Shown: positions 1 to 12,887 of the stretch, in pieces
How positions within the stretch are numbered: the first letter of the stretch is position 1
Layout of the letters: every line of letters starts with the position of its first letter
Assembly: GCF_964213995.1 (NCBI RefSeq)
Contig: NW_027590142.1
Span: forward strand, 62,001 to 126,000
DNA length: 64,000 nt
Direction: 5' to 3'
Source: Mustelus asterias
Lineage: Eukaryota
Position numbers and translations under genes: made by a program
Notes under the pieces: model-generated
Told to the model about the DNA's origin: nothing
The model's input: only the letters and a program-made list of their open reading frames with translations
Database searches by the model: none

Positions 1-215
1 CCCCGCCCCTGCCGCCATGGCAACGCCTGCCACCGTTAACCGTTCCCCCTTTCAAATCTGATTCCGATCCAGAGAAGAACCCGCGCGCTTCCGTCAACAA
101 AACACTCCGCTGCAATGCGCATGTGCGATCCCAACCTCCTCAGCGTTCTGCGTACACCGCCCATTGCCCCGCCCCCACGTCGCCGCCATCTTTGTTAAGG
201 GCACATTGGTTCTTC
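1..215. promoter_or_regulatory. GC/CpG-rich housekeeping-type promoter; its gene probably lies left of the window
   Basis: GC boxes (ccccgcccc at 1 and ~167), RFX-like gccatggcaac (~14-24), NRF1-like tgcgcatgtgc (~117-127), YY1-like cgccatcttt (~184-193) and attgg (~205) cluster within about 200 bp. Confidence 0.5.
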
Positions 216-624
216 ATCTTCTGTCCAAACGGAGGACGTCTGCCCCACACAAAGATGGACATCACTTAATTTCAGAGATATTTAAAATATTGCTTTTATC
301 GCTTCAACCGTAACACCGCATAAAACGTCAATAAAACCGAAAGGACCTTGTCTACTCATTCAGCAACCAAAATTATAAGAATCCATTGTTAATAGGTTTC
401 TCCACAGATGCCGCCAGGTCTGCTGAGTTTATCCAGTATTTTCAGTTTAAATTTCCCAATTCCAACATCCGCAGTATTTTACTTTTATTTCCTTCCCATT
501 CTACCTCCAGTGCAACTGGATATCATGAGTAAAGCTACCACCAGGCTGATCCTTCCGGGTGGAACAGTGGTTAGCATTTACAGTGCTTGGGATCTGGATT
601 TGATTCTTGCCTTGGGTGACTGTG

Positions 625-1355
625 CGGAGTCCACCCACTGTGGTTGACAGGGCTCTTGACTGTGTCCAACTCATGCCCCAGGCCACTGCTTGCACCCCCT
701 CCCTCCTAGAAAGAGGACAGGGTTCCCACGTCCTCACGTTTTACCAGACCAGAGACCAGCCTCCGTGTTCAAAGTATCATCCTCCGCCATTGCTGCCAAT
801 TCCAGCATGAAGCCACTCCTCAACACATCTTCACCTCACCCCTCACACCCAACAGCATTTCACGCGGAAGGTTGTCTCTGGGACAGCCTGGTCCACGCCT
901 CCATCCCACCCAACATCCCATCCTCTGCCCACAGCATCTTCCCATGCAATGGTAGAGGGTGCAACACCTGCCCCCTTTACCTCCTCCCTGCTCACCATCC
1001 CAGGTCCTAAACACCCCTTTCAGGTGAAGCAGCGCTTCACATGCATCTCCTTCAGTCTAGTCTATTGCATTCGCTCCTCCCCATGAAGTCTACTCTCCTA
1101 CATTGGAGAGACCAAACACAAACTGGGTGATCGCTTTGCTGAACACCTTCAGTCCGCCTGCAAGCAGGACCCAGAACTTCCAGTTCTTGCCGCTTCAACA
1201 CAGCACCCTGCTCTCCTGTCCACATGTCCATCCTTGGCACTTTGCAATGTTCTAGTGAACCCCAACGCAAACTGGAGGGACAGCACCTCATCTTTTCATT
1301 GAACACTTTACAGCCTTCCAGACTAAACATTGAGTTCAACAACTTCAGAGCATGA
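625..1355 (+). mobile_element. Penelope-like retroelement fragment (GIY-YIG endonuclease), degenerate
   Basis: ~1052-1150 reads LVYCIRSSP*SLLSYIGETKHKLGDRFAEHL, a GIY-YIG motif; paralogous to 27290-28005. Confidence 0.75.
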
Positions 1356-2505
1356 ACTCTCCCCTGCACGTTTATCCCCTTTCCATTTATTTCATTTCAT
1401 TCTGTTTCTTCTTTTCATCTCATTCACCCATTTTTATCATACTTCTTTCTCGCTTCCATTTTTCTATTTCTTGATTCCTGCTCTCCTTCTTGCCTCCCTC
1501 CCACGCACCCCCCGCCCCCCCCCCCCCAACACTCCTCTTTCAGGGCAACTGCCTTAACCACATTTACCTCTGCTCTGCCATTCTGATTGCTTAATGGACA
1601 TTTTTAGCATCTCTCTCAGCCGTCTTTATCCTAATTTGGATTCCCTTTGTCCACTTACAGCACCCGCCTTCCACCCATAATTTAAATCTTTTCTGCTTTT
1701 CTTTGCTCTTAGCTCTGACGAAGGGCCATCCAGACTTGTATTGTTGGCTAGTTACTCAATATTTGTTTTGTTATTCGATATTAAATATTAATACATGTAT
1801 TTAATACATACGTCTTCATTCTGAATTGAATATCTCGGGAATATGCAACATTGAATTGCAAACTTGACTGACCAATAAAAGAAATCGAGTCACTGGGTAA
1901 TACACATCCCATGGTGCCTATTTGAGACAGTCAGCTTTTAAACAATATCAAATATCTTTAAAGGGAAAAGATTTAATAATGATTTGCTAGTTATACTTGA
2001 TCCCTCTTTATTCTGCATGTGAAACATTCTGGCGCCTAAATCCCGTTCATCTATAGGAAAGTCCAGCAGATCTACGCTGAGTTTCGATTTACTCATCTGC
2101 CTCAGTGATTTTTTTTCCATTTCTTTATTATGAAGAACAATTTTAAAAATATGCTGCCGGGAAATGTGCGCCATTTCCTCTAGTTCAGTTACACTTTCAC
2201 TTGTGTCTGTCTTTATGAGCACACACTACTATTACACATGTTTCAGATGGTGATTAACTATGTTAGTCTGCATTTATACATCCTTTAAATTCTGTTATGG
2301 ACTGAACAAGTTGCTAATATGCGCACGGTGTTAAAAGTACAAACTTTTATTTCCTCATTGCGTCTTAAAATACAGCATTTCTGATTTTGCTGAAAGCATT
2401 TGTGGCCGAGTTCCGAGCAAAGATAACACGGCTGCAACATGGAGAATCGGATAATGTTCAGCAACAACGACCATGCAAAACTTCCCTCACACTAAATAAA
2501 GTGAA

Positions 2506-2578
2506 TGTTTCTGCCCAGTTTCGAACCGGGGACCTTTCGCGTGTGGGGTGAACGTGATAACCACTACACAACAGAAAC
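2506..2578 (-). tRNA. tRNA-Val(CAC), variant and possibly non-functional
   Basis: Reverse complement GTTTCTGTTGTGTAGTGGTTATCACGTTCACCCCACACGCGAAAGGTCCCCGGTTCGAAACTGGGCAGAAACA matches vertebrate tRNA-Val-CAC; it has an A-C mismatch in the anticodon stem and C at position 33. Confidence 0.85.
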
Positions 2579-3608
2579 AACTGATTGCATAGCGCCGCCA
2601 ATTGGCCTGGCCACAATGTTCAACTCCACTGTGTTGCTGCAGGTTCGAATGGTTATACTGAGAGCCCATGTCACTGAATACAAGACAAAAATCGTTTCTT
2701 TCAACCTGATTTCTCAAGTTATCTTGAACTTCAACCTTTAAAAGCGGTCGTCGGGCAAATATCGAAGGAAGCAATGATTTCTGCTCAATCATTAATGCAT
2801 CATTCTCATCTTCCTTCGAATAATTTCAACCAATTCTACCCAGTATTTGTTCGTTGTTCAATGTTTAATATTAATATATTTTTATTAATTACATATCTCC
2901 TCATTCTGAATGACATATCTCCGAAATAGACAACATTGAATTTCAAACATGGCTGACCAACGAAAGGAATCGAATCACTGGGTAATACACATGTCACGGT
3001 GCTTCATTGAGATTGACCACAATCAGCTTTTGAACAAAATCAAATATCTTTAAAGGGAATAGATTTAAGAATGATTTGTTAGTTATACCTGACCCCTCTT
3101 TATTCTCTGTATGAAACACTCAGACGTCTAAATCCCATTCAGCTGTAGGAAAGTCCAGTACATCCGCACTGATTCTCGATTTCCTCAACCGTCTGAGTCG
3201 TTTTCCCTCTTTGTTTACTCTGAAGAACGATGTTAAAATAATGGTTCCGCGCAATGTGCGCCAATTCCTCTAGTTCAGTTACAGTTTCACTTGTGTCTGC
3301 CTTTTTGAGCACACAATACTATTAGACATGGTTCAGATGATGATTCACTTTGTTAGTCTGCATCAACAAAGCCATTAAATTCTGTTGTGGACTGAATGAG
3401 TTGCTGATATGTCCACGGTGTCAAAACAGCAACATTTATTTCCTCTCATTAAGTCATAAAAATACAAGATCTCTGATTTTGCTGAAAGATTTTGAGGCCG
3501 AGGACAGAGCAAAGATAACATGGCTTTAATATTGAGTTTCGGATAATGTTGAGCAACAAATTTCAATCATGTAAACTTCCCTCACTCTTAATGAACAAAT
3601 GTTAATAA

Positions 3609-3680
3609 TATTTCGGCATGGTTTTGAACTAGGGACTTTTGTGTCTGAGTTAAATGCAACCACCATTACACTACAGAAAC
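3609..3680 (-). pseudogene. Degenerate tRNA-Val pseudogene
   Basis: Reverse complement GTTTCTGTAGTGTAATGG...GTTCAAAACC; same position within the second tandem unit. Confidence 0.7.
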
Positions 3681-3770
3681 TGCTGGCGTCCGTAGGACAC
3701 AATGGAACTCTCTTGAAATGTTGCAACATTCATTGGGACTGCTGTAGACATATTGATCCAAGAATGACTT

Positions 3771-5175
3771 TGATTTGATTTATTATTGTCACATGTATTA
3801 ACATACAGTGAAAAGTATTGTTTCTTGCGCGCTATACAGGCAAAACATACCGTTCATAGAGAAGGAAATGAGAGTGTGCAGAATGCAGTGTTACAGTCAT
3901 AGCTAGGGTGCAGAGAAAGATCAGCTTAATGCAAGGTAAGTCCATTCAAACGTCTGACAGCAGCAGGGAAGAAGCTATTCTTGAGCCGGTTGGTATGTGA
4001 CCTCAGACTTTTGTATCTTTTCCCCGAAGGAAGAAGGTGAAAGAGAGAATGCCCGGGGACATGGAGTCCTTAATTATGCTGGCCGCTTTGCCGAGGCAGC
4101 GGAAGTGTAGACAGATTCAATGGATGGGAGGCTGGTTTGTGTGATGTATTGGGCACATTCACGACCTTTTGTAGTTCCTTGCAGTCTTGAGCAGAGCAGG
4201 AGCAATGCCAAGCTGTGACACAGCCAGAAAGAATGCTTTCTATGGTACATCTGTAAAAGTTGGTGAGAGTCGTAGTTGACATGCCAAATTTCCTTAATCT
4301 TCTGAGCAAGTAGAGGCGTTGGTGGGTTTCTTAACTATAGTGTCGGCATTGGGGAAGGGGTGGGGGGGAGGAACCAGGACAGATAGTTGGTGGTCTGGAC
4401 ACCTAAAAACTTGAAGCTCTCGACCCTTTCTACTTCGTCCCCGTTGATGTAGACAGGGGCATGTTCTCCTTTACGCTTCCTGAAGTCGATGACAATCTCC
4501 TTCGTTTTGTTGGCATGGCGGGAGAGATTATTGTTGCTGCACCAATTCACCAGATTCTCTACCTCATTCCTGTACTCTGTCTCATCATTGTTTGAGACCC
4601 GACCCACTATAGTGGTGTCGTCAGCAAACTTGAAAATCGAATTGGAGGGGAATTTGGTCACACAGTCATAGGTGTATAAGGAGTATAGTCGGGGGCTGAG
4701 AAAACAGCCTTGTTGGGTACTGGTGTTGAGGATGATTGTGGAGGAGGTGTTGTTGTCTATCCTTACAGATTGTGGTCTGTGAGTTAGGAAGTTCAGGATC
4801 CAGTCACAGAGGTGGTGCAGAGGCCCAGGCCACGGAGTTTGGAGATGAGTTTCGTGGGAATAATAGTTTTGAAGACTGAGCTGTGGTCAATAAATAGGAG
4901 TGTGTCCTTGTTATCTAGGTGATCCAGGGTTGAGTGCAAGGCCAGGGAAATGCCGTCTTGCTGTGGACCTGTTGCGGCGATAGGCAACTGTAGTGGATCC
5001 AGGTAGTCCGGGAGGCTGGAATTGATTCGTGCCATGACAAACCTTTCAAAGCACTTCATAATGATGGATGTTAGAGCCACCGGCCGATAGTTATTAAGGC
5101 ATGCTGCTTGATTTTTCTTAGGTACCGGGATGATGGTCGTCTTCTTGAAGCAGACAGGGACCTCAGATTGTTGTA
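3771..5175 (-). mobile_element. Rex1/Babar-type LINE, 5'-truncated and frameshifted
   Basis: ORFs with [20 protein letters not shown] and [23 protein letters not shown] (RT); short-repeat 3' tail at ~3771. Confidence 0.85.
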
Positions 5176-5774
5176 ATGATTGAAAATGGTTGGCAATGGC
5201 AAAGAACAATAAGAGTCCCTTCAACCCACCATGCCTATGCCAGCTGTTTTATGACGAGCTACCAAACTGACGTGTCGGTGCGGGCTTGGTGGGCCGAAGG
5301 GCCTGTTCCTGTGCTGCACTGTTCTTTGTTCTCATTTCAATTTCCTCCTCTCATTCCATGAAGTTGATTTTTCTCCCTTTCAAGTCATTGTCCAATCCCC
5401 ATTTGAAGAAGGAGTTTCTGTGGAATCCATGTACAGTTTGCTTTAAGTAACAACGTTTCGCTGACCCAATGGCATAAAGTATTGGATATAGCTTCCCAAT
5501 ATAGTTTTCAATGTAAACATATATTTATTTATGCAATTGATTTCAAATCGAATTTACAAAACGAGTTTAATCGGATAAAGCATCTCCTCATTATTTCTGA
5601 ATTATATATAATATTAACTCCGCAACTTTCCACAGAGTGTGGAATATAACAGAGGAGAATGAATCACCTATACCTGAAGCAGTCTCCTTGTGTTGTCCTC
5701 CTGTGTCCCGAACATCCGATCTGGCAACCTCGAGAATGGTGGGGAATCTGTCTTACCTACACCGACCTCATACG

Positions 5775-6066
5775 GGGTGGCACGGTAGCACAATGGCACG
5801 CTGCTGCCTCACAGCGCCAGGGACTCGAGTTTGATTCCTGGCTTGGGTCTGAGTGGAGTTTGCACGTTCTTCCTGTTTCTGTGTGGATTTGCTCCAGTTT
5901 CCTCCCACAATCTGAAACACGTGCTGGTTAGGTGCATTGCTATGCTACATTTCTCCCTTAGTGTACCCGAACAGGTGGCGGAGTATGGCGACTAGGGGAT
6001 TTTCACAGTAACTTCATTGCAGTATTAATGTAATCCTACTTGTGACATTAATAAATAAACTTTAAA
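5775..6066 (+). mobile_element. tRNA-derived HE1-family SINE
   Basis: ggcacggtagcaca...gctgcctcacagcgccaggga...tttcctcccaca head and body, with an aataaataaac tail. Confidence 0.75.
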
Positions 6067-6669
6067 CAAGATATGTGTTTGGCTGTTAAAATAAGTACAT
6101 CCATTATTGCTTATTCTCCAAAAGTGTCCACTGTGGAGTCATCAATTAATGATCACCATTGATGAGAAATAGATTTCTGGCTGTTCCTGTTGTTAAAATG
6201 GACAGTTCCATCGCAATGAATATCTAACACGATATTGCCGCACTGACATGCCTCTAGGGAATTCCAGTTCAGAAAGTTACTCTGGAGCTGGTACGCTTTT
6301 GACATTGTCCATGGGTGCACTTCTCTTGAGTGTGTCAGTGGCTGTGTTAATCTGATTGTTTATCTTCCTCAGTGATTGTCTGTGTGTCTATGTTTGAGTC
6401 GATCAGTTTGAGAATCGATCACTGTGTTTACTTGTCCCTGTGTCTATGCTTTTGTTGATTCTGTGCGGTTCACGAGGCTTCCAGTGAACACGGAGTTGGA
6501 GTTATTCATGTATTTTCATAGTTAGCAACTCAGACTAATGTGTCAGAAATCTACAGAATAATTCTGGATTTATAACGAGGGACGTTAGAATTGATGTCAG
6601 TGTCTGGGCATATATCTATATGGTTATATATCCTTACACGTGTTGGTCTTTGCACGTGGCCGTGTGTGT

Positions 6670-6900
6670 ATCTGCTCTCTCCGTCTCTGCGTGGGTTTCC
6701 TCGGGTGCTCCGGTTTCCTCCCACGGTCCAAAGATGTGCAGGTTAGTTTGATTGGCCATGCTAAATTGACCCCAGTGTCAGGGAGATTAGCGGGGTTAAT
6801 GTATGAGGTTACGGGAATAGGGCCTGGATAGGCCCTATTCCCGTAACCTCATACCGTACAAACCTCATACCGTACAAATTCTATGATTCTATGATTCTAT
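6670..6900 (+). mobile_element. HE1-family SINE 3' part with an internal fold-back
   Basis: gggtttcctcgggtgctccggtttcctcccac body and (ttctatga)n tail. Confidence 0.75.
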
Positions 6901-7160
6901 TATCTAGATATGTGTCAGTCTTTGCAGGTTGCCGTGCGTGCGTCTGTTTCCAATATGCAGCAGTGCGGTCCACGGGAGGGCGCTCTCTGATCACTTATGA
7001 AAAATCACGATTCCCTTCTGGAGGGAGCGATTGTTGGAAGATTAAAAATGGGCGGAGAGACGGAGTCACATTGGACGTCATTACACTCCACTGACTGTTT
7101 CAACTTCTCAATTTCCAGGTCTTATGCAGACAGTCTGTCTCTGGTGTTCAGACTGGAACT

Positions 7161-7647
7161 ATGGAGCTATGACAGCTCTGTCTGTCTCTGGTTATTGCCC
7201 TGGTCATAGGTCGGTCATTTTGAACCTTTGAATGAAATCCGCCAATCACCATATTAATTGCCCATTTCCATTTCTCGGCGATTATTCCGTTGTTGTTACT
7301 CCTTCTAACCCGCTGCGTGTCTGTTGTCTATTTTCAGAGATGAGTAACGGTGACTCAGTGTCCCAGTCAGAACCAGGAGTTGAAGCAGCAGAGGGTGAAG
7401 ATTCAGCAATACCCTGCAGTTACTCTGTATCGAGTTCAGTTGCAGTCTATGTCCTGTTCTGGCATCGCCAGTATCCACACCGAGCTCCTCAGTATCTGCT
7501 CAGAGCCGATAGTTATGGATTTACCGACACGGCTCCCGGCCTTAAACATTTCAGCGGGAATCTCAGCCAGACACAAAACACTTTTCACTTGTCCATGAAA
7601 GATTTGAAGATGTTAGACAACACCGTGTATTACTGTGCACTCAGACC
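7161..7647 (+). pseudogene. TCR alpha/delta V segment (leader 7161-7209, V exon 7338-7647); stop codon in leader
   Basis: Leader MEL*QLCLSLVIALVI then gt donor; open V exon GDSVSQ...C...WHRQYP...VYYCALRP; CRE-like gacgtca at ~7074. Confidence 0.85.
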
Positions 7648-7686
7648 CACAGTAAATGAGGCTCCCGCGGACCTCGTACAAAAACT
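7648..7686 (+). other. 23-RSS of V at 7161
   Basis: CACAGTA, 23 nt spacer, ACAAAAACT. Confidence 0.9.
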
Positions 7687-8422
7687 GGCGCAGGTCCACA
7701 ATCAATGGTTCCTTGTCCGCAAAACACATTGCGTTGAATTTCAGAGAAAATGAACCTGACAATGCAGCCTCATCTGAGTGGCTTTCCCTCCCTAACGTCA
7801 GTGATTGTCACAGTTGGGAAAATGTGACATTTGGCGCTCAGATTACTCCTGGATAAATCCAATCACAAAACCCACAGATGTCTCGGGTGAATAACTTAAT
7901 AAATCAATACTTCTAATCTTTCTGCATCAGATGCCTATCTGTCAGGGGAACCTGTTAAATGTGATCCAATATTAAAGGCACACTGAGAGTTGTCACATTT
8001 TGAAGTTTCTGGACAGAAATAATGACTGATTGAATCAGTACTTTCCCAGTATAAGAGTAATCCCAGTGGAAACGCAAGTCAATGTGGACTTGGGTGAATA
8101 CTTATCCCCGGTATAAATAAAGCAGTGACTACTATTATGTTCATGCAGTGGATGCACTCATTAATACCCGCAGAGTAAATGAGGGTAAATTATTTATTTC
8201 ATTTTAAACTTTATTTAGAAAGAAAAATCTATCTATAAAAAGGGGGATATTGAGTTCGAACGAAAGAGGGTTAACCGAGAAAGAGACAGTGTAACTGATA
8301 ACGTTATTCACCTTTCATGGAGAGAGAAAGAGAGTGAGAAAAACACACACAGCCCGGGATGGAATGTGTTTGGAGGGAGCCAGCTGTGTTTAGTCCACCA
8401 CTAACAGTGTTTGGTCCACAGC

Positions 8423-8485
8423 TGACGTCATCTCAAGGCGACCAGCCAATTGCAACACTGGGAAAACCCCCCAATTTGCCAATGA
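8423..8485 (+). promoter_or_regulatory. V-gene promoter: CRE plus CCAAT boxes
   Basis: TGACGTCA at 8423-8430 and three CCAAT motifs upstream of the leader at 8585. Confidence 0.6.
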
Positions 8486-8584
8486 TTGACGCTGCCTCTG
8501 ATCTGAGTTTACTCCGTGATATAAGACTAGAAGCAACAACATATTTTAAACAGTGTCGCTGTTTACTGTCCATTCAGGAACCAC

Positions 8585-9061
8585 ATGTTCCCTGCGTGTT
8601 CTACTGATAATAATGGACATGCTGCCCCGTGAGTCTGAGCTCAAATCCTCAGTGTTTGTTCAATGGGTTATATTCACTCACAGATTTCTCACACAGTCTA
8701 TATGTTGTTACAGGAACCAATGGCCAAACTTCAGTTTCCCAGGAGCCGCCTGAATGAACGGTTCAGGAAGTACAGACGGTAATTTTGAACTGCAGTTATA
8801 AAGCTAAGTACGTTGACCAAACTCTATTCTGGTACATCCTGTACCCCGGAGAAGCTCCGAGATATTTATTGAAAAGTTACGGCCAGGGGAAGGGGGATAA
8901 GTCTCCTGATTTTTCGGACCAGTTTTCTGCTAATTTGGACAGAGACAAGAAAACAGCTCCATTAAATATCACCGGGGTCCATGTCTCTGACTCTGCCGTG
9001 TATCTGTAACAGTGTGCGCTGAACCGCAGTTACAGAGACGCAGTTAGTCCGTACAAAAACC
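8585..9061 (+). pseudogene. TCR alpha/delta V pseudogene (leader 8585-8628, V exon from 8714, damaged RSS)
   Basis: Frameshift after the ATG; V reads TNGQTSVSQEPPE*TVQE...LNCSY...LFWY...DSAVYL*; nonamer ACAAAAACC at 9053-9061 with a degenerate heptamer. Confidence 0.85.
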
Positions 9062-10488
9062 AGCAAAGGCATTCTCACCTCCTCTCACTGAATCCGATCT
9101 CTGAGCTGGATTGTGAACAGTTAATAGAAACAAAATCATCTCATTAAAACCAATTAAACCGAATGATCAGGTTCTTTGTGCTGAATGTCTGTCAGTGTAT
9201 GTAAAATCCCTCTTTATAGTAGTTTCTGTCGTTTACGAGCAACTCTGAATAGGAGACTCTGGTGCCGTTATTACAACATGAAATAAAACTAATCAGAGTC
9301 ATATCTCAAAAATCATCTCAGTCAAAAACCATACATTCGCTTTAATGCACTCTATGTGTCAAAGAGAGCAATGATTGTTCAGTCGTTTGATTTCTTGATT
9401 TGTGGATATTCAGGGAAATAACGGATATGGAAGTAGTCATAGAGGTTTACAGCATGGAAACAGACCCTTCTGCCCAACTTGTCCATGCTACCCTTTTCTA
9501 ACCACTATGCAAGTCCCAATTGCCCGCGTTTGGTCCATATCCCAACAAAATATTTGTCTGAGCATAAAGACTTATCCCGCGGATTCGATTTCCCAAAGCA
9601 CTTCTGGTGATTACAGCAGACTTTTAAAGAAAGACTTTCGGGCATGTGGGCTTTGCTGGCTCGGCCGCTATTTATTGCCCATCCCTAGTTGTCCTTCAGG
9701 AACTTTCTGACGCTCTTCTCAATTAGGTTTTTGCATTCAGTCGATTTTCTTACCAAATGTTCCAGTGTCTAGAGTACACCAAACCTGTCCTCCGAGATTA
9801 TTAATAGAGATATTAATCATTGTTCATTGGATTCTAAGCATGCATTGAAATAAACTTTTGTACCTTTACTGTTAAGAATTCTGAGTTTTAATATGTGTCA
9901 AGTGTTCATTGTGTTAATATGAGTCACATTCTTCCGAACTCTTTCCAATGAAGTTTCTCTTCGATTCCCAGTTGATATTTTTATTTAATTACTGTAACAT
10001 TGAGAGATGTTTAATCAGGCTGTTGTGATTATGAGGATTTGCCGCAGCAGGCGGGCATCAGTTTACACTATTGACTGACATATCAAACCGAACAGTATTG
10101 GTTTCTTTGCCCCGAGTGTTCTTTGAAACATCAGAACAAGGGTACAACTAGTTCAAGGCTACCTGCAGCATTTTGAATTCTCAATGTTCGTGCCGATTTC
10201 CCGGTGATTCCAAATAAACAACAGCTAATTCTTCCCTCGCACAGCGAATGTAATAATCAGACGGATTCTGCGAACGATTTTAGATGGTGTTTGTGTGAAT
10301 TGTGGTCTGGTTTGCGTTCACAGGAATGTATTGACGTGTTAGTGTATAACCGTTTTTTTTTAACTGGTCGGTGCAACATCGTGGGCCGAAGGGCCTGTTC
10401 TGCGCTGTAATGTTCTATGTTCTATGTTCTAACCCGCTGTTAGAAACAGCTCTCGACAGACAGCAGCTGTGACTCAGAAACTTGCGGC

Positions 10489-10527
10489 AGTTTTTGTACG
10501 AGGAGTTCACTCGTTCTCATCACTGTG
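10489..10527 (-). other. 23-RSS of the minus-strand V
   Basis: CACAGTG (10527-10521), 23 nt spacer, ACAAAAACT (10497-10489). Confidence 0.9.
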
Positions 10528-11581
10528 AGACTCTTTGCACAGTAATAGACCGCAGTGTCAGACAACCGCAGCTCCGAAATAGTCACTCGGTACAAATTGT
10601 CTGACTGCTGGACTGAATCAGAAAACCGGGTCCGAGCGAAATCCGCCTTTAATTCAAAACCGCCGTTCTTGTCTCTCCGGACTGCAAACTCGGGCTGTTT
10701 TCCTGGGTATTGACGATACCAAATAAATAATAAGCATCGTCGGTAAAGGTGCAGTTTAAAGTGACATCTTCTCCCTCTGTCCGTGTGAGTGAGGATTCCC
10801 GCTGAGTAACAGAATCTCCATCGTTCAGATCTGAAACACACGGTTAAAGAAAGGAAAAACATTGATTAAAAGTTCAATTGAACTAAGGGAGAAAATTCAC
10901 TGACAGTGTAACGTAAAAATATGTATTGAATGTATTGAATCATACCACATTCTCTCCAACTGATCTCTGTTCCCGTTTACAATCCCCTGGAGATTCCTCC
11001 TTCTCGCCTCTTCTCAATGCATCTGTCCCTTTCTTCCTCAGCTGTTTAGTTTAGTTTACCTTTAAATTAGTCTTTGCTCCTCTCCTCAAGTGTTCATTGT
11101 GTTAACATGAGTCACATTCTACCCAACTCTTTCTAAAGCTGTTTCTCTCCGATTCCCAGTTGATCTCTTTGTTTCATTGGAATTGTGGGACATATATTTG
11201 GATTCCTCCCACAAGTGGAATCATCCTCTCCCCGTCCACCACACCAATCCTCGTTATCATTATAAATAGATCAGTCAGAGTTGCGTTAGTTTCCTTGGTC
11301 AGTCGAGAAAGTAATCATAATCTTGTATTCTGATAGCTCTCATCTCCCAATCCGAGTACCATTTCTCGAAATCGCCTTTTCAGTGTGCTTTTCGAAACTA
11401 TTTTCAAAAGACTAAAACCACTCGCAAGGATTCATTTGTGTTCTACGGCATGTCCAATGCCTGTATAACACGAATGTCCTGCTTTTCAACTTTATCTCTC
11501 CAGAAAATAACTCATTTTTAAAGTGTTAAACTTACCAACAATGAATGTCACCCAGATCAGAGTGAAAACGAGGAGCCGCAT
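10528..11581 (-). pseudogene. TCR alpha/delta V segment (leader 11581-11536, V exon 10830-10528) with a single 1-nt frameshift
   Basis: Leader MRLLVFTLIWVTFIV then gtaagt; V reads DLNDGDSVTQRESSLTRTEGEDVTLNCTF...YYLF/WYRQYPGKQPEF...DTAVYYCAKS; one T missing at ~10721. Confidence 0.88.
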
Positions 11582-11655
11582 TGCTGTTGCTCCTGGATTC
11601 CAGGGACCTGTGTCTCCGAAAGCTGCAGAAGATCGAACAAGATAAAGCTGAGAGC

Positions 11656-11743
11656 ATTGGCTGTGGCCGGTCTGACGTCACATCCTGCAGAACCTATGGT
11701 CGGAAGAGTGGAGATCACTGAATAGAGAATAAAGTGCTGATTG
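11656..11743 (-). promoter_or_regulatory. V-gene promoter: CRE plus CCAAT
   Basis: TGACGTCA at 11673-11680; CCAAT on the minus strand at ~11656 and ~11740. Confidence 0.6.
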
Positions 11744-12164
11744 GATATCACAATCCACAAGTTGATTTATTCCTGACAGCGTCATCAGGTGATAATCCAA
11801 TAAGCTCCTGGGCTCTTTACTCTGGATTCATCCAATCAGCCGAGAGCTCCTTTCGGCTCTAATTCATGACAGTAAGAAGCCTCACAACGCCAGGTTAAAG
11901 TCCAACAGGTTTATTTGGTAGCACAAGCTTTCGGACCGCTGCTCCTAGAATCAGACAAACTGTGAGCACCAGCTCAGTACAATATATTTTCAGCATTCTT
12001 AATATCGCAATCCGTCATCATAGTTTAAAATTTAAGAAAATGCTCATTAGAATGAATGCCTCTATTTCAGGTTTTATTTCTCTCATTGTTTTTCTGAATT
12101 AAATAACTGAATATTGTTTCAAAAGATGTGAAGGAGGAATTGTCTTGGGTTTGGGTAAATTTGA

Positions 12165-12580
12165 TTTGATCTGATTTATCATTTTCACATACACTGGTAT
12201 ACAGTGGAAAGTATTGTTTCTTGCATGCTATACAGACAAATGCTATACACAGAGAAAATAGGGGAGAAGGACAGGAGAGGGTGCAAGATGCTGTGTTACA
12301 ATTAACGCCAGGGTGGAGAGAAAGAAAAGCTTAATGTATGTTAGATCCATTTAGAAGTCCGATGGCCGCAGCGAAGAAGCTGTTCTTGAATCGGTTGGTA
12401 TGTGATCTCAGACACCTGTTTCTTTTTCCCAACGGAAGAAGGTGGAAGAACGTATGTCCGTTGTGCGTGAGGTCCTTGATTATGCCGGGCGCTTTTCCGA
12501 GGCAGCGGGAAGTGTAGACATAGTCAATGGATGGTCGGCTGGTTTGCGTGATGGACTGGGTTTCTTCAGAACTCTTTGTA
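12165..12580 (-). mobile_element. Rex1-type LINE 3' fragment
   Basis: Homologous to 3771-4170; RLRSHTNRFKNSFF-like C-terminus. Confidence 0.7.
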
Positions 12581-12887
12581 AAGAGCAGAGATGTGGAATT
12601 ATTTGGATAGCTCATGCGAAGTCCTGGCACAGGCACAATGGGCCAACAGACCCCTCCTTGTCTGTACGGTGTACAGATCTCCGTCTGCAACTGAAGTGAC
12701 TGAACTAATAACTGCTGCTGGTGCAGACCTGGCTCAAGATCGCTGTGTTGATATTAATTTGGATTAACCTTTCCCGCACAAGAGTCAAGAGCTAAAGGGT
12801 AACAAAATGCATCGAAATAAAGAGATGTAAAATACTGACAGGTTTCAAACGGCCCGAGTAACAATTTTCCAGAGGAATGGCTAGCAC

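Larger units (their letters stand above)
1760..3680. repeat. Diverged tandem duplication, period ~1.09 kb, each unit carrying a tRNA-Val copy
   Basis: 1811-2578 aligns by eye with 2895-3680, e.g. the shared cctctagttcagttaca...ttcacttgtgtctg and aaatatctttaaaggga. Confidence 0.85.
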
